Source: Takakia lepidozioides (Eukaryota > Plantae > Bryophyta). From it: 64,000 nucleotides of DNA. Under the pieces are notes generated by a model. It was not told where the DNA came from, did no database searches, and saw only the letters and a program-made list of their open reading frames with translations. Shown one piece after another: positions 1 to 12,961 of the stretch. Position 1 is the first letter of the stretch, and each line of letters opens with the position of its first letter. The stretch covers positions 87,110,001 through 87,174,000 of the forward strand of contig CM060731.1 in the NCBI GenBank assembly GCA_030704615.1, read 5' to 3'. The position numbers were made by a program, and so were the translations under genes.

Positions 1-2845
1 CAACGTTGCCGTGTATCCACGAATTGCGGAACACCTTCCTCGAAACGACGGCTTTGTGCGAGCAATTCTCCACTGTGATGCAGACACAGTCGTCTCCACA
101 ATGGCTTGGCCATACTGCATAACAGCGGGCGGAATGTGGGGCAAGGGAGCGGTGGGAATTTTTTGCACGAAATCCCCGGTTGAAGGCGACGGCGATCTGG
201 AATTTCTTGGGCTTCCACTGCTGGAAGACACATTGTGCGGCAACATGACGGGACCTCGAGGTGCTGTCCGAATGTTCCTGTCGGATCTCCAGGAATCCTC
301 TTCGCACCCGGGTTCCTCTTCAATCCTCCGCCTGACAGGGCGAGTCCGGACGTCCCCCTCTAGGTGTTCACCTCTGCGGTGCAGAGGCGTCCCTTTGATC
401 TTCTCTCGCAATGCTGTCGCCCATTTCACTGGATTCTTGGACCTCGAAGCTGTTCGTACCAACAATTCCTCCCTGTCCGGCCCAAAGCCCCATTGTTTGC
501 CGCTCAGGAACTTGTAGTACGTGGCTTGCTGCATGATTGCTCTGTCGATGTCCTCCGTTGTGGCCGTCACTACGTCCACCAGATGTGCGGCAGAAGACGC
601 TCGCCAGGAGGAGTGGACCGATTCTGCCATATTCGTGTTCGGCATGTCCGTGTCGGAATCCAAGCACCGCTCCTAGAAGGACACAAACAATGGTGAGGGA
701 CCAATCGAAATGTCCGTAACAGAAAGACAAATGAACGAAATTGACAGCAGCCTACCTCCCGCATGTACTGTCCGAACTGTCGATACCGAAAATGCCACCA
801 CCCCAACCAGCTGTGCAATGCTCCCAGATTGGTTGTCTCCACTGCACCTGACGTGTTCCACCAAGCCTCGATGATAGCAAACTTAACCTCCGCGTCATCA
901 AATGTGGGTGCATCCTTCCACGCCGTACAAAGGACACGGTGTTCAGCCTGGAATGAGCTAGCAACAAATTTGGTAGTGTAGTGGGATAGACTCTGCATCC
1001 AATGGAATCCACAGGATCTCTCTTTCCCCTCCATTGGAACATTGGGGTCCTCACCGTACACACGCCGCACCGCTGCCCAGTTGGCCTGAGCGTTGTCTGC
1101 CATGAATCCCCTGAAATTGGGCTCTGGCAATCCCGCCCTTGCCATCTGCTCGTTTATGCCCTCCCACAGATGCATCTCGGACTGTGTGTCCTCCCCTTTC
1201 ATCTCGCAGATTGCAATCGTCATGAGCCTCTTGGAGTGATAGTCATAAACATGCGCACCCATAGTCACCCACTGATGGTTTGTAATTCGCTTGATGTGAT
1301 CAAACATCACCCAAGCATTCGACAAGTTTCCAGTTGTCATGCGAGTGACCAAGTCGACTCCACTCCCAGGCCCACACGTCGACATTTTGAAAATGTAACA
1401 ACGATCGGATTCGCTGCCTTGCCCTGGAAACCTGCTACTTGGATGTAGTCATATCCAGTCATTCGTTTCACCTCCAGGATTGAGTACATGTCCGACCCCT
1501 GCCGAACTCCTGCTTGCAAGATACGATGTGATTCCGCACATTCGGACTACAAACGTGCGAGACGGACTCCAAGAGGTCACGCATCTCGTCTTCGGTCAAG
1601 GGCTCTCGGTCGGAACCATCTTCAGACATGATTTTGCCAAGAGCAATCTTGTGGGCTGCCTTCAGCTGAATCTGCTTTGGTCTGGCTCCGGGGCTCAATT
1701 TCACCTCCTCTTTTATGATGTCGTGTGCTTCCTGCACAGCCTCACGCATGTTGCCTCTCGCCAAGGGGTGGCAGTGGACCCCAACGTGTATGCAAGCTCT
1801 AGTCAAGTCCGGGAGCAAATGGATTACGTAATATTGCTTGGCTCTGCACATGGACATGCACGTCGGTGGTTCTTTGCAATGTGCACACTTGAAAGAACCC
1901 GCAGGAGCTTGGCTGGAGACAATGAATGGATGATGCGTTGTGCCAGTCCAATCCGTCTCGTTTCTCCGCCCTCCTTTGGAGAGAAAGTGGAAGCAGGTGG
2001 GATTGAGGCACCTCAGCTTCCCCGCACAGAGGACATATCGTACACGAACACCATCAGCAATTTTCGTGCTACTGGTCTTCGTCACACACCAGGGGTGTCC
2101 GTCATGCTTTCGATCCATGTCTGTTAACATCCCGGAGGCTTTCTTTGACGAAGAAACAGGTGGAAACTCGAAGATGACATTGCCATCGACTTCGGGAGGC
2201 AGAAAAGTTACCTTTCTGACTGGGAATTTGGCATAGTCGAGAGCAGCCAGCTCGGAGCGAGAACCATCGAGGTGATGTTGTCGTAGGAGCTGCACAATGG
2301 ACCGGGTTGGAGTTTGCTCGAGGGCACATGCGTAGCACCTACAGAGACGTCCATGCCGGATTTGAACGACCGTGTGGAGGACATGGGTACCTCAATGCAA
2401 TCATCTTCCTCGTCGGAAATGTCGAATACGTCCACACGAGAAGCTATGGAGGGTCTTGACGGTCCAGGTCGGGAATGATTATCGTTGCATACCTCTCTGT
2501 TGGCAGTGGCCGCCTTCGGTTTCCGGACTCCTTTGTGGATGGTGTGGGCAGCGACTGATTCGGAAAGGGAATGGGCATTCCCACAGCTCGGTACAGGATG
2601 GTGTCTGACGGGGGAACGTGCCATTCGATTCCGCAACCTCCGTCGTTACCTAGCACGACAATGGTCTCGTCAACCTGTCCAGGAACATCCTTCCTTTCTT
2701 CTTCCAAATAAACTGTGCCCGGTTTGAGCTTGAATTTGGAACAAAGGTAAGTTTCAGTCACTCTGCAAAGTCCTCCCTCGTTTGGGATCCAGGCTCTCCC
2801 AAGTTGCGGAGGACAGCAAACTATAGCGTAGGAATTCGGAGCCAT
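1..2845 (-). pseudogene. MULE transposase (GCM-like domain + DDE), frameshifted, 3' end off-window
   Basis: ORFs 1468-2295 and 570-1385 carry DRKHDGHPWC, VMFDHIKR, FMADNAQ and CGFH; after a GT-AG intron (673-755) the frame gives TNMAES. Colinear with the intact B transposase; frameshifts near 1440 and 2300-2650. Confidence 0.88.
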
Positions 2846-3271
2846 CGAACACCGCACGGAGTTGGCAAGTGCGAGGTTCAGTATAGCGACAGACCAAGGC
2901 TCACAGGCACCATCTAAGTGGATCTGCGGAGTCCATCGACGATTGGAAGTCGCACATTGAAGTGGAAAGTATTGTTTCAAGCTACATGCATGAAGGTGGG
3001 AGGTTTGATTCCATAGCCAGTAAGTATGACAATGATGGCCGATTCGGCGACGAAATAACATCTCCTGACAGTTTCTCCTGAGGGTGGATCCAGCAGTATT
3101 CTCGGTGCAGACAGGAACGTTCGCACTGACAAGTGCCAGGACTGTTAGTTAAAACGGTCAGACAACCAGTTGTGCTCATCAAGACTGGCCGCAATTGTGT
3201 TGTTTCGGAACAATGCAACCCATTGAGGTTCCAGATTTCCCGTCCCGAGTGATTCTTTCGATTGCTGTGGT

Positions 3272-4145
3272 GGAAATGCCAACGCATTTCCATCCGAGTC
3301 GCACCTCCCAACATTCCAGAACGAATGTATTAGATTCGGAAATGCGGCACCGCATTTCCGTTCTGATGAAATATCCTGAAACCTCGGAACTGAAAATGCG
3401 GTACCGATTTCCGTCGGAGTCGCACCTTCCGACATTCCAAACGGAAATGCGGCGCCGCATTTCCGTTTTGTATGTGAGGGAGCGGTGGAACGAAATGCGG
3501 CACGCATTTCCGCCAGCGTCAGACGTTAATACTCTACAGAACGGAAATGCGGTACCGCATTTCCATTCTGACTGAAAATGTGCGCAACGGGAACAGAAAT
3601 GCGGCACCGCATTTCCGTCGAGTCGCACCTTCCGACATTCTAGAACGGAAATGCGGCGCCGCATTTCCGTTTTCTATATGGGGCCTGGAGCTGCTACGGA
3701 AATGTGTTGCCGCATTTCCATCCATGTGAGACCTTCAAACTTTCGGACCGGAAATGCGGCACCGCATTTCTGTCCAGGTGAGACCCTATACTTTCCCGAA
3801 CGGAAATGTGGCACGACATTTCCATTCATCAACTAACGTATGTGAAGGGGAACGAAATGCGGTACCGCATTTCCGTTCACATTGAAAATCATGAACCACG
3901 GGAACTGAAATGTTGTGCCTCATCCCGTCCGAATCGCACCTTTCGACATTCCAGAACGAAATGCGGCGCCGCATTTCCCTTTTGAATCTCATACATGGAG
4001 CTGTGGGACGAAATGCGGCACCGTATTTCCGTTCAACAACTAAGGTATGTGAAGGTGGAACGGAAATGCGGTGCCGCATTTTCTTCCAACAAGTACGGAT
4101 GTGTAGCTTCGTGATGGTACTTAACGGATGCGCCGCCGCATTCGC
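3272..4145. repeat. Phased array of the family A 22-bp palindrome GGAAATGCGG(C/T)(A/G)CCGCATTTCC
   Basis: 15 copies starting at 3338, 3392, 3443, 3491, 3543, 3595, 3647, 3698, 3750, 3802, 3853, 3906, 3957, 4009 and 4062, plus degenerate flanking copies. Spacers are about 30 bp and mostly different. Confidence 0.95.
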
Positions 4146-4760
4146 ATTTTCGCTCCAACTCATCAGACGCTGGGATGGAAATGCCTTGAAATGTGAACAC
4201 GTGGAGCAACGAATTGCTGCACACATGTCGGCACTCTATCTGACTGAAGGGGCATGAGGCGGCGCGGCTGACCGTTGGATAATGATGTTTGTTTTTCGGA
4301 CGGCAGGCGTACCCTGAACGATTCGAATTTCGTAATGACGCAAACTCCACGAGGAGACACTTTCGTCCAACCTTTCGAACCAAGTGGTGCATCACCGCCG
4401 TTTCATCTACTTTTGTCGTGTCTCCTCAGTCACCCCTCTCGCGCCCTTTCCATCTGCACTCTTTTGCCCCTTTTCCCTCTCTTGTTCTTCTTATGCTCGA
4501 ACCTGAGAGGGGGGAGTTCGTGCACCAGACAGGAGACCTCGTCGCAAGCTCCGGAAATTATACTTCGGACGTAGGCCAATGCCAAAGGGGAGGAAGCAGA
4601 TGCGTCTACAGAGGAGATTGCCATCTCCGAGCAGCAGGCCACTCAGGCAACCCAGCCACCAGTGAGAGCTCCAATGCGATCAGGCTGCGCGCAGCTGATC
4701 ATAGCACCGAACCCCCCATTTTGCTTCTGTAATTCTTAGACTGAATGCTAGGAGACTTGA

Positions 4761-7700
4761 ATGCAGAACATGTTTGCATGCCTAACAGGAAAGGTGGACG
4801 TGCTGGAGGGATCGCAGGAATCCGAAGAGCCGCAGGAAGAGTCCGAGGAGCTAGCTGCAGCACGTACACCCACCCGATCCCCGAGCGCGGGTATTCCTGC
4901 CGGGCCTAGCCCTGTGCGATTCAAAGACGCGTCTTCGAAGGGCAAGTTCAAAGCCCCAGAGATCGACTCGCGTTCTTCGGTCATGGAGAATCGCCAGCAG
5001 GGGTCGGGCCCTTCTCCAGCAAAGTCGAAGAAGAAGCAGCCCGTCCCTCTACTGGCTTCTGAACCGGCTCAGGCCGATTCACCCCCCCCAACGCGAATGA
5101 AGCAGCAGGGTAGAAGACAGATTCAATTGCAGCAGACACCTTCACCTGCAAGGATGAGGAAGCAGAAGGCAATCAGGGCGACGGGCGAACAATCTCCCGC
5201 AAAACCGCTTCCACGAGCTGAAGCTCAGTTCCTGGAGGATTTCCCGCCTGCAGATGTTGGGGCCGACTCTGCTGCAGCGAAGGCAATGGGATCGACCGTT
5301 GATCTCGATTTGGTACCGGAGGAGGGTGCTGCCGCTCAACGTTCGCAGCAAGACCTCACCACCGATGAGCAAGCAGGCCCGGAGGAGGCCTCTGCAATGG
5401 CAGAATTGCCCGCAGACAGGCCCCAGAGTGCAGCTCCAGTTGAGGATGCTCCAGCTGCTCAGCCACTACCGGCACCTACAGACATGTCTCCGGAGGATTT
5501 CAAAAGTGCAGCGGATAAAATGTTGGAGGAGACACACAGTAGCATTGGCAGAGTTTCTGGGCAGCAGGGTATTCCAGCGGACTCTTCGAATCCCACTCTG
5601 TCGCATGGTCTCCCTTCCCATCGTCAGGCAGGCCCTTCCCGGAGATGTGGATAAGCTCAAGTTCGCATTTCGAGAAGGGTACCGTCTGGGATCGGCAGCG
5701 TTTTACGTTTCCATTGAGAATGAGGACGGCGAAACTCGTGGACCCACTGCCGATGAATTGTCAACGTGGGATACCCACTGGCACACTCGCAACCACGAAT
5801 TCGAGGCGACGCTGAAGGGTGATCCAGACTTCGGCCATATGTCGGGTAAAATGTTCTTTGTGTGGGACGGGAATCACCGACTTCTCGCCTGGTGGGAGTA
5901 CATCAAGCAGAACCATGCCAAGCACATTGGCTGGCATTACATGGTGGAGTGTGTCATCCTCAAGGTGAAGGCGGCAGACTCCTCCCTGCTCAAGAATGCC
6001 ATGGCGGACCTCAACTCGTAAGATACTCATACCCTCCTAGCACGTTCGAAATGCGGTGCCGCATTTCGGTTTCCATTCTGGTTTGTTTCCGTGCTTCCGT
6101 GTACTGAACTGGAGAGTGTGCCTTGCAGGGTCACTGAGAATGCGTACGTGCATACCCACATGGCACATATGCTGTACAGGGTGAGGAAAACTGGTCTCAC
6201 TGATCCGCAGATGTTTGCGGAAATGCTGGAGCCCGAGCTCATTCAGAAAGCCGTTGCAAAAACAGACCGGACATGGTATCGTCTCACTATGGATGGAATG
6301 GTGGAGGTGATATACGAAGTAAGTCGTCCCAATTTCCCTCTGCTCATCCTTCCCCAATTTTCAGTAATGTTTCCACATGAATCGAATGTAACGCTTCTGC
6401 ATGTTTTTGTTGGCAGTCAAACATCAAGCTGGATTTGGCCCATGCCAAACGCTTCTTCATGGAAAGTGAGGGGCAGGTCAAAACGTTGCAGTCATTGACT
6501 GAGCACTTGAAGGAAGCCGGTGTCAAGTCCAGAACCAAATACGTCAAAGCTTGTGAAGCTGGTGGCAATTGCAGATCCGGCACTTGGAAAGGACTTCATC
6601 CCCGAGATTGCAAAACACTATTCTCGGGCCATGCAGCCGACCATGCAATTGGAGAAACTGCATCACCTCTCAACGGCATGTGTGGAGGCGAAAGAGAAGG
6701 TGAGGTTTCAATGCACTGAAGTTCCTTCCTAGCAATAGCCACTCTCTTCCAGCTCCTGACATTGGATCGGAAATGGCAGACACGGTGGCTGTCGATCTGG
6801 AATGCATCCGAGAGCATAAGGACAATGTGGTCTTTTCCACTCGAAGTTTCCGACCCTGCAGTGGATGTGTGGCTCAACCGTATGACTTGGTGGTTCCAGG
6901 TAATTCAAGGTACTTCCCCAGATTTGCTTTTCTGAAATGAATTCCCTGAACTGCTACGTGACAATGCATTTGGGAATCGCAGGTAATGTCGAATGCGAAG
7001 GAGCAAGTCGTAATGCACACAAATTCGTTCGGCTTGTACGTCAAATGGGATGGAACACAGACATTGGAAGACTACGTGACACGTTTCAGATGTGCGTACA
7101 AGGACAACCTTTTCGCCAGAGAGCTAGACAGCAAGAAGGAGCGTGGAGTTTACACATCAGGAGGGAGCGGGGAAAGCTGCAATGCGAATTGTTTACAGGT
7201 GAAGCACAGCTGCCCTTGTATGCGAAGCCTGGTTACGAGGTTTGTCTCGGAAATGCGGCACCGCATTCGCATTTTATGTTTTCGGTGCACTCTGCGAGTA
7301 GGTTGGTCTCAACTTTTGCTCACGCATGCTGACTGCCTTGCAGGTATATGAAATACGTGCTCCTTCAGACAGGGGCCCCTGGCTCAAGAGCCCCGTTCTT
7401 CATGGCTTGGACCGTGGCGGGCCCAAGCTGTGTCTACACACCCGAGATGCAGAAACAATGGCATCCCGCGCATCTCGTTGGATGCCCGTGGTACCTGGAC
7501 ATGTCTGGCGGTATTGTTGACGAGTCTGAGAAAGATCTGCACGCCTTGGCAGAAGAGAAGAGAAAGGAAAGACGTGTCCCTGCTGGGCCAAAGTCGGCAA
7601 GGAATCTGCTGCTCTGGAAGAATCCAGAAAGGCAGCTGAGATGGCACAAAAGACGGTGGATGCAGCTGTGCAGGCCCAACAGAAGGGGTCGAAGAAGAGG

Positions 7701-9700
7701 ACTCGCCAGCAAGGAGCAGCTGTTGTGACACCCGCCAAAACGAAGAAGCAGAAACAGCCTGTTCAGGAAGAGGGTGAGGAAGAGGACTCCGATGGAGACT
7801 TTGCAACCAGCCCACCCCCCCAAACGCAGGCTGCCTCCCCTGTGCCCACCGTTGTCACGAGAGGCACGAGAACTGGCTCGGCAAAGAAGGCACTCTTCAA
7901 CCCCCCAGGGGGGCACCCTTTCGAGCCGGTGGAAAATGAAGAGGCCGAAAGTGGCTCCCGAAACAGTAGTCCAGTGTGTAAATGAGAGTTTCTTGGCGGC
8001 TTTGGATGGACGGGCAGCCAAGTTGGCATACATGAAGACCATGGAGGGTCTGAAGGGCAGAGCACTGAAGAAGGCGACTGCCGAAGAGCCTTCCGACACC
8101 CCAGGATTTCAGAATATGGTCTCGTTCTTTGAGAGGGTGTGTGCAGACAAGGATTGTAGGAGGGGCGGAAATGCCACGAGTGGTCTTGCGATATGATCAT
8201 CTTGGATATTCCGGACGGGAGCCTGTGGAAGGACTGCAAGCTTTGCCATCTTGGAACAGGTACTCGGAGGACTTTGGAAGAAAGGATTCGGGCTTGCCCG
8301 CATGGTGTTGGACGACAGAGGCTGTGTGGTTGTCCTGGCGAGCAGAGGAAAAAACACTCAGACAGGAATTGCGAAGTGGACCCGCAAGAGCGCCGTCCCG
8401 ATTCTGAAAAAGAAGTGGACGTGCATCAACACACTGGGCCTTCGGTCGGAAGGGAAGAAGGTGATTACGACACTGGCACTCGTCCATTCATTTGCTTGGG
8501 TGTTTTCAAATGCGGTGCCGCATTCGGTTTCTAATCGTTTTCCCCCTGTGTATGCAGACGAAGCAGTTCGATGCATACTGCTTTGTGAAGGAGAACTCCA
8601 CCTTTGCTTTCCGGAAGGAGGGAGGAAAGGTTGACCCGAACTGCGACCCACTCGATTACGACGTTCTGTTCAACAACGTTCCCAAGGAACTTCTCCCTCA
8701 TAGCCTCACTTCAACGGAACCCCTGCGGTACTCACGGACTCGGAGCCCTGCCTTCATTCAGACAATTTGGAGACATGCACAGACGTGGAGGGCACAGTGC
8801 TCGACCTCATCTGTGGGACAGGTATGCAGAATCTTGATCTATGCTGTTCTGCAAATTCTCGTTAGGATGTAGTTCGCAACATCTGAAGCGCCATGTGGTA
8901 ATGTGTGGATGGCATTGTAACGGTGCCTCAATGTGGGCTGGGCGGTTTTCCGACCGGCACCTCTTTGCCTACGAGGAGGATTCATCCGTGTGGGGATCCC
9001 ATCTGGAAGGGCTGCAACGGAATGTTAAGGCTCCGACAGAGCGGAAGTCTCCTCGGATTCGTCGGAGTCCGAGGAAGACACAGTGGACATTGATGCGGAG
9101 GAGAACCCGGAATACGAGTGAGTGCAAACATTGTAAGTTTGCAAGCCTTCTGGGTCATTTATGTCAAACGAATTTCCCGACTGTGGTTCTCATTAGTCTC
9201 GTTGATGATTGTCATGTGCAGGATTGCAGGGTCCGGGTCGAAACATGTAGGGCCTACACTTCCTGCCAGGAAGAATGTCCCGTTCTTTGCGAGGGCCGAC
9301 TTCATGACGAGCCGGTGAGGGACTACTCCCTTCCTAGTTATGCAGCTAAACTCGCAAATACAGCGATTAGAAGAAGTGAGAATCCCAGTAAAGTAGAGCA
9401 GATTTTGGAGAGGGCTAGGGAGGACAGAAGGATAAGGAAAGAGTTGGCAGCAGCTCAGACAGGTAGACGGGTACGAAAGTACATATGTGATTCAGCGGAT
9501 GAGAGCGACGCAGACAGGGAGGAAGACGACCCAACGGAGGTGAGATGGACAGTTCCGCAAGGGAAGATGGGATTTTCGAAAGCCTGGCCAACGAGCAGTC
9601 CGCTGGAGATGAGAAAGGCACTGAGGGGGTGGAGGCGGAGCAGGACAGTCTAGAACAGGATGAGGATTCGGATGATTTTCAGATTATAGAATTTAATGAA
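4761..9700 (+). CDS. Family A accessory gene: low-complexity N-terminus + ParB-like domain + beta-class N6A/N4C methyltransferase-like domain (multi-exon, frameshifted in this assembly)
   Basis: FFVWDGNHRLLAW (~5850-5895), MIILDIPDG (8193), YSRTRSPAFIQT...VLDLICGTG|ASMWAG..DRHLFAYEED (8730-8980). GT-AG introns e.g. 6018-6128, 6319-6416, 7199-7343, 8461-8557. Start and end approximate. Confidence 0.8.
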
Positions 9701-9821
9701 GTCTCTGTAAATGTAAATTCTCTTCCAGAAGTATATAAAGGAAATTCTGCCAGACATTCGTGACCCCTCTCCAGTGTGCATTCCAGCCACACAATCGCTC
9801 AACCACGACTCTCCCAAAATC

Positions 9822-10582
9822 AGAAATGGGGCACCGCATTTCCAAAATTTTGGCAACTCTAAGAACCTCTTTTGGACATGCGACACCCGCATTTCCAAAC
9901 AGGGGAGGGACTAAATTTCCATTTCAATGTTGGCATAGTAAAAAGTAATCGGCCGATTGGAAATGCGGTGCCGCATTTCCAAAATTTCCTTTGTCCACAC
10001 GCCAGTTTTGGCCTCTCCCGCTCATTGCATGGATGCCACCACGCTTACAGAGGTCGAACAAGGAGGTCGAACAAGGGGTCGAGATGGCGGAATTGAAAAT
10101 GCGTTGCCAGCATTTCATATTGGGGATGGTCGTTGTTCTAACTGCAGGCCCATCACCAAAAATTGGCACCGCATTCCATTGTAAAAAAAAAGTCGATGAC
10201 GGACATGGAAATGCGGCGCCGCATTTCCAGAACGGACATCGCAATTTGTCCATTTGCAGACCCTCTCCGGAAATGCGGTAACGCATTCCATCGCGCTGGT
10301 CGGAAATTCACACTTTTCGAAGTGTTGGACGGAAATGCGGCACCGCATTCCCTTGTCCAAAAAGAAGTTTCCATTGCCAAGCTGGAAATGCGTCGCCGCA
10401 TTTGCAATGCCAACCTCGTTGTCTGTCCATTTATAGACCCGTGTTGGTATTTTGTGTACCTGGACGGAAATGATGCACCGCATTTCCTTGTCCCACATGG
10501 AATGCGGTGGCGCATTTCATTGTCCCACATGGAAATGCGGTGGCGCATTCATTGTCCACAGGAAATGCGGTGCCGCATTTCA
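9822..10582. repeat. Distal array of the family A palindrome
   Basis: About 11 copies of GGAAATGCGGNNCCGCATTTC variants, e.g. at 9959, 10207, 10331 and 10561. Confidence 0.9.
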
Positions 10583-10837
10583 ATGTCCGACATGGCGTTA
10601 CTCTTGTATATTCTTGACACATGACTCACATACCGGTTACTCTGCTATATTCATCCGGACAGACACATTGTAGAAATGAGACATCAAATTGTAAACAGTG
10701 GGCCAATTCCGACAGTTATTCAACAGATTGAAACACAATCATACAGAAGTGAGGTACGATGGGTTTATTGATCGGACACGATGTCTCACATTTACCAACT
10801 GCAGACAAACTAAGCCCTTCCTCCTTCTACATGGGCT

Positions 10838-11445
10838 TCACCAAGTCGACGGAACTTCGATACCCCTCAAAACAAGCTCATCACTGCTGCGGCACCTCGA
10901 GGTAAACTGCAATTGGTCGTTCTGCTGCCCTTGCTGGAGCCGACGACAATGTCATGTCCATCAATGATACCACCATCATAGATTGACAAGGTCACTGTGG
11001 GCCTCATGTGCCCGGTGATTCGTCTTTGCAACTCAGCCGAATGTCTCCATACACTGGAAAGCGGAGTGATCTGCACGTATATAGTTTTCCCCGTGCCGTC
11101 CTCCCTGTCCACTGGCAGCAGTTCCAGCGCCAAAGCGAGGCCGTGCGTGATCTGTCCGGCATCCCTTTCCAGCTTGGTATATCGAGGTCAACAATTGTCA
11201 GGACCCACGGACCGCATTGACCCTCGCCCTCACCTCGCTCAAAGCGGTAATAGCCCTCCAGATACTCCATTGCGCGCAAAGACTCTTGCTTGATTCCAGC
11301 AGCGTCTGTGAAAACAAAGAGCCAGACAATGATGTCTCCTGATTCTAGTTTGAACATAGCATATCGTGGCCATGATAAGGGCAGTCGGCTGGATTTCGGC
11401 GGCACGGCATCCTTGAAAAAGAGTAGCGGAGTACGCTCAATGATA
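10838..11445 (-). pseudogene. Family A small cargo gene 1 (unknown domain), frameshifted copy
   Basis: Pieces in ORFs 11004-11405 and 10867-11133 match the intact 204-aa ORF at 25492-26106. Confidence 0.7.
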
Positions 11446-11667
11446 GCAGCTCCCGGATGGAGGAGGAGCAGCGCGGTGGCTGGAAAAAGTTCAAGCTAAC
11501 GCTGCAATTCGTCACAAACACTCCAGGGCACATTTAAATTCCCCCCCTATAGGATCCTGGACCGATGAAGATTGGCTACTTCATGAATGTAGCCGTTTCA
11601 GTTTCCTACCCTGCCATGCAAACTATGGGCACTCACTGCCAGGTGGGCCGATAGCCACTGGACACGA

Positions 11668-11731
11668 CGAAGTCCATCCCCTCTTCGATGTAAATGCGGC
11701 GCCGAATTTCCATCCGGGGGGATGGACTTCG
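11668..11731. promoter_or_regulatory. 64-bp imperfect palindrome between the divergent cargo genes
   Basis: CGAAGTCCATCCCC...GGGGATGGACTTCG arms enclosing AAATGCGGCGCCGAATTT; conserved in copy A2 at ~26328-26391. Regulatory role is inferred. Confidence 0.55.
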
Positions 11732-11794
11732 GTGGCAGATCTCAAACTATAACTTCTTGATGAGAAAGATGTATGGGTTCATCCACCTCCGTCG

Positions 11795-12505
11795 GTGGGT
11801 ACGTGGGACCCAGATGCTCCATTATTGGAGGCCGGACTGCTCTTCCGCTTCGCATCATTTCCAAAATCTAAGGGCTTCGTAGCTGTCTGCAAGGTCATTG
11901 TCATCTGCATCCAAGTCGTCCTCAGGTCCTCCTTTGCAAGGATGCCGTGCTTCCGGAACCGGGACGACTGCCCATTTGGAGGCATCGATTATGCAATGTA
12001 TTCGGCCACATCGGGAGACATTGTTATCTGGTACACATATTACACAGAAGATACTGGTTCGATTGTGGAAACATTGGTGGCTTTTGAGTATATCGTAGGC
12101 CACTATGCCTTTGAGCGGGGTGACGATCTTGGTCTGAGGAGTCCGTGGCTCCTGCGCATCCTCGATTCCGATTTTCCTAGCTACGACGGTCACCCATGCA
12201 GAAGAAGGCGCACTGCTATGTTGTTGCGGTGGAACTGCTGCCACTGGACGTGGGTGGACTCCATCGGAGAGACCTATTCTCCTCAAGGAGTGCGCTCCTC
12301 TTCTCCATTGTATGGGGACATTCGCATTGGTGTGGACGACGAAAACGTGAAGATTTCCATATTCGATGGTGGTATGATTGAAGGGCAGGACATTGTGGTG
12401 AACATCACTAGGGGCGGTACAACGGCTGCAATCGACTTTACATGGAGGAGCCCCATGACTCATGAGCTAGTTCTGAGAGCAGTCGAAGTCCCATTGACAA
12501 CGTGA
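11795..12505 (+). CDS. Family A small cargo gene 2 (unknown domain; paralog of cargo gene 1)
   Basis: Open 236-aa frame (likely ATG at 11942). Shares SGDIxxW, FERG, PW, RTAxLxRWNCCxWT, YGDIR, DGGMIxGxDIVV and ELVLRAxEVP with the opposite-strand ORF. Confidence 0.7.
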   Translation: MGTWDPDAPLLEAGLLFRFASFPKSKGFVAVCKVIVICIQVVLRSSFARMPCFRNRDDCPFGGIDYAMYSATSGDIVIWYTYYTEDTGSIVETLVAFEYIVGHYAFERGDDLGLRSPWLLRILDSDFPSYDGHPCRRRRTAMLLRWNCCHWTWVDSIGETYSPQGVRSSSPLYGDIRIGVDDENVKISIFDGGMIEGQDIVVNITRGGTTAAIDFTWRSPMTHELVLRAVEVPLTT

Positions 12506-12834
12506 CTTGTATTCAGTAGGCACAGGGCTAAAGATTTGATTGCACAATCAGCACAGTAGACGTGCTTCAAATGCAATTCATGTGGATCAATAAAAACCTC
12601 ATTGTGCCCTCTTTTTATTCTATTCTGTGTCCATCGTTCCTAGAATGCGTCATTGCTCATTTCGTTTGGGATTGGGAGTGTGGGTGGATTTTGCAAGTGG
12701 CTGGTAGGCTGAAATGGGCCCCCATTGTACAGAGCAGTACCACCCTACCATTCGCGAAACATTGCCTTTCAATATATAATTCTAAATAACATTGCCGAAC
12801 CTCCTTCATCGGGAGGTCCTTCTCCCCCTATGAC

Positions 12835-12961
12835 CGTGGCACCCTAAACCCTATTCCCGCGGACACTCATTTCCGGAAAATAGTGCTGCTCATGTTTTTT
12901 TCCACACTTACGACTCTGCTCATGGCTCATGCCGCTCATGGCTCATGAAATAGCAGCCCCC
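12835..12961. repeat. Family A terminal inverted repeat with subterminal GCTCATG repeats
   Basis: GCTCATGGCTCATGCCGCTCATGGCTCATGAAATAGCAGCCCCC; near-identical copy at ~47645-47773. Confidence 0.85.

Larger units (their letters stand above)
1..12961. mobile_element. MULE-like DNA transposon, family A copy 1 (left end outside window)
   Basis: Minus-strand transposase, plus-strand accessory gene and palindrome arrays. Right terminus CTCATGAAATAGCAGCCCCC (12942-12961) is the exact reverse complement of the left terminus of element B. Abuts gypsy RNase H coding sequence at 12962. Confidence 0.9.

Noticed and set aside
1480-2127. Long antisense ORFs over transposase and gag-pol regions
   Set aside because: Shadow frames of recognisable genes on the opposite strand, with no motifs of their own.
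3338-4083. Bona fide CRISPR array
   Set aside because: Eukaryotic context, no cas genes, degenerate repeats that also occur singly in introns, and some spacers related to each other. Reported as a phased palindrome array instead.
3145-4395. ORFs with repeated EMRRRIS/GNAAPHF/KCGAAF peptides (also at 10-10.6, 24-25.3, 36-38 and 52-54 kb)
   Set aside because: They are translations of the palindromic repeats in all six frames, not plausible genes.
12843-12853. Telomere-like CCCTAAACCCT (also ~47647)
   Set aside because: Only about 1.5 units, part of the family A subterminal region.
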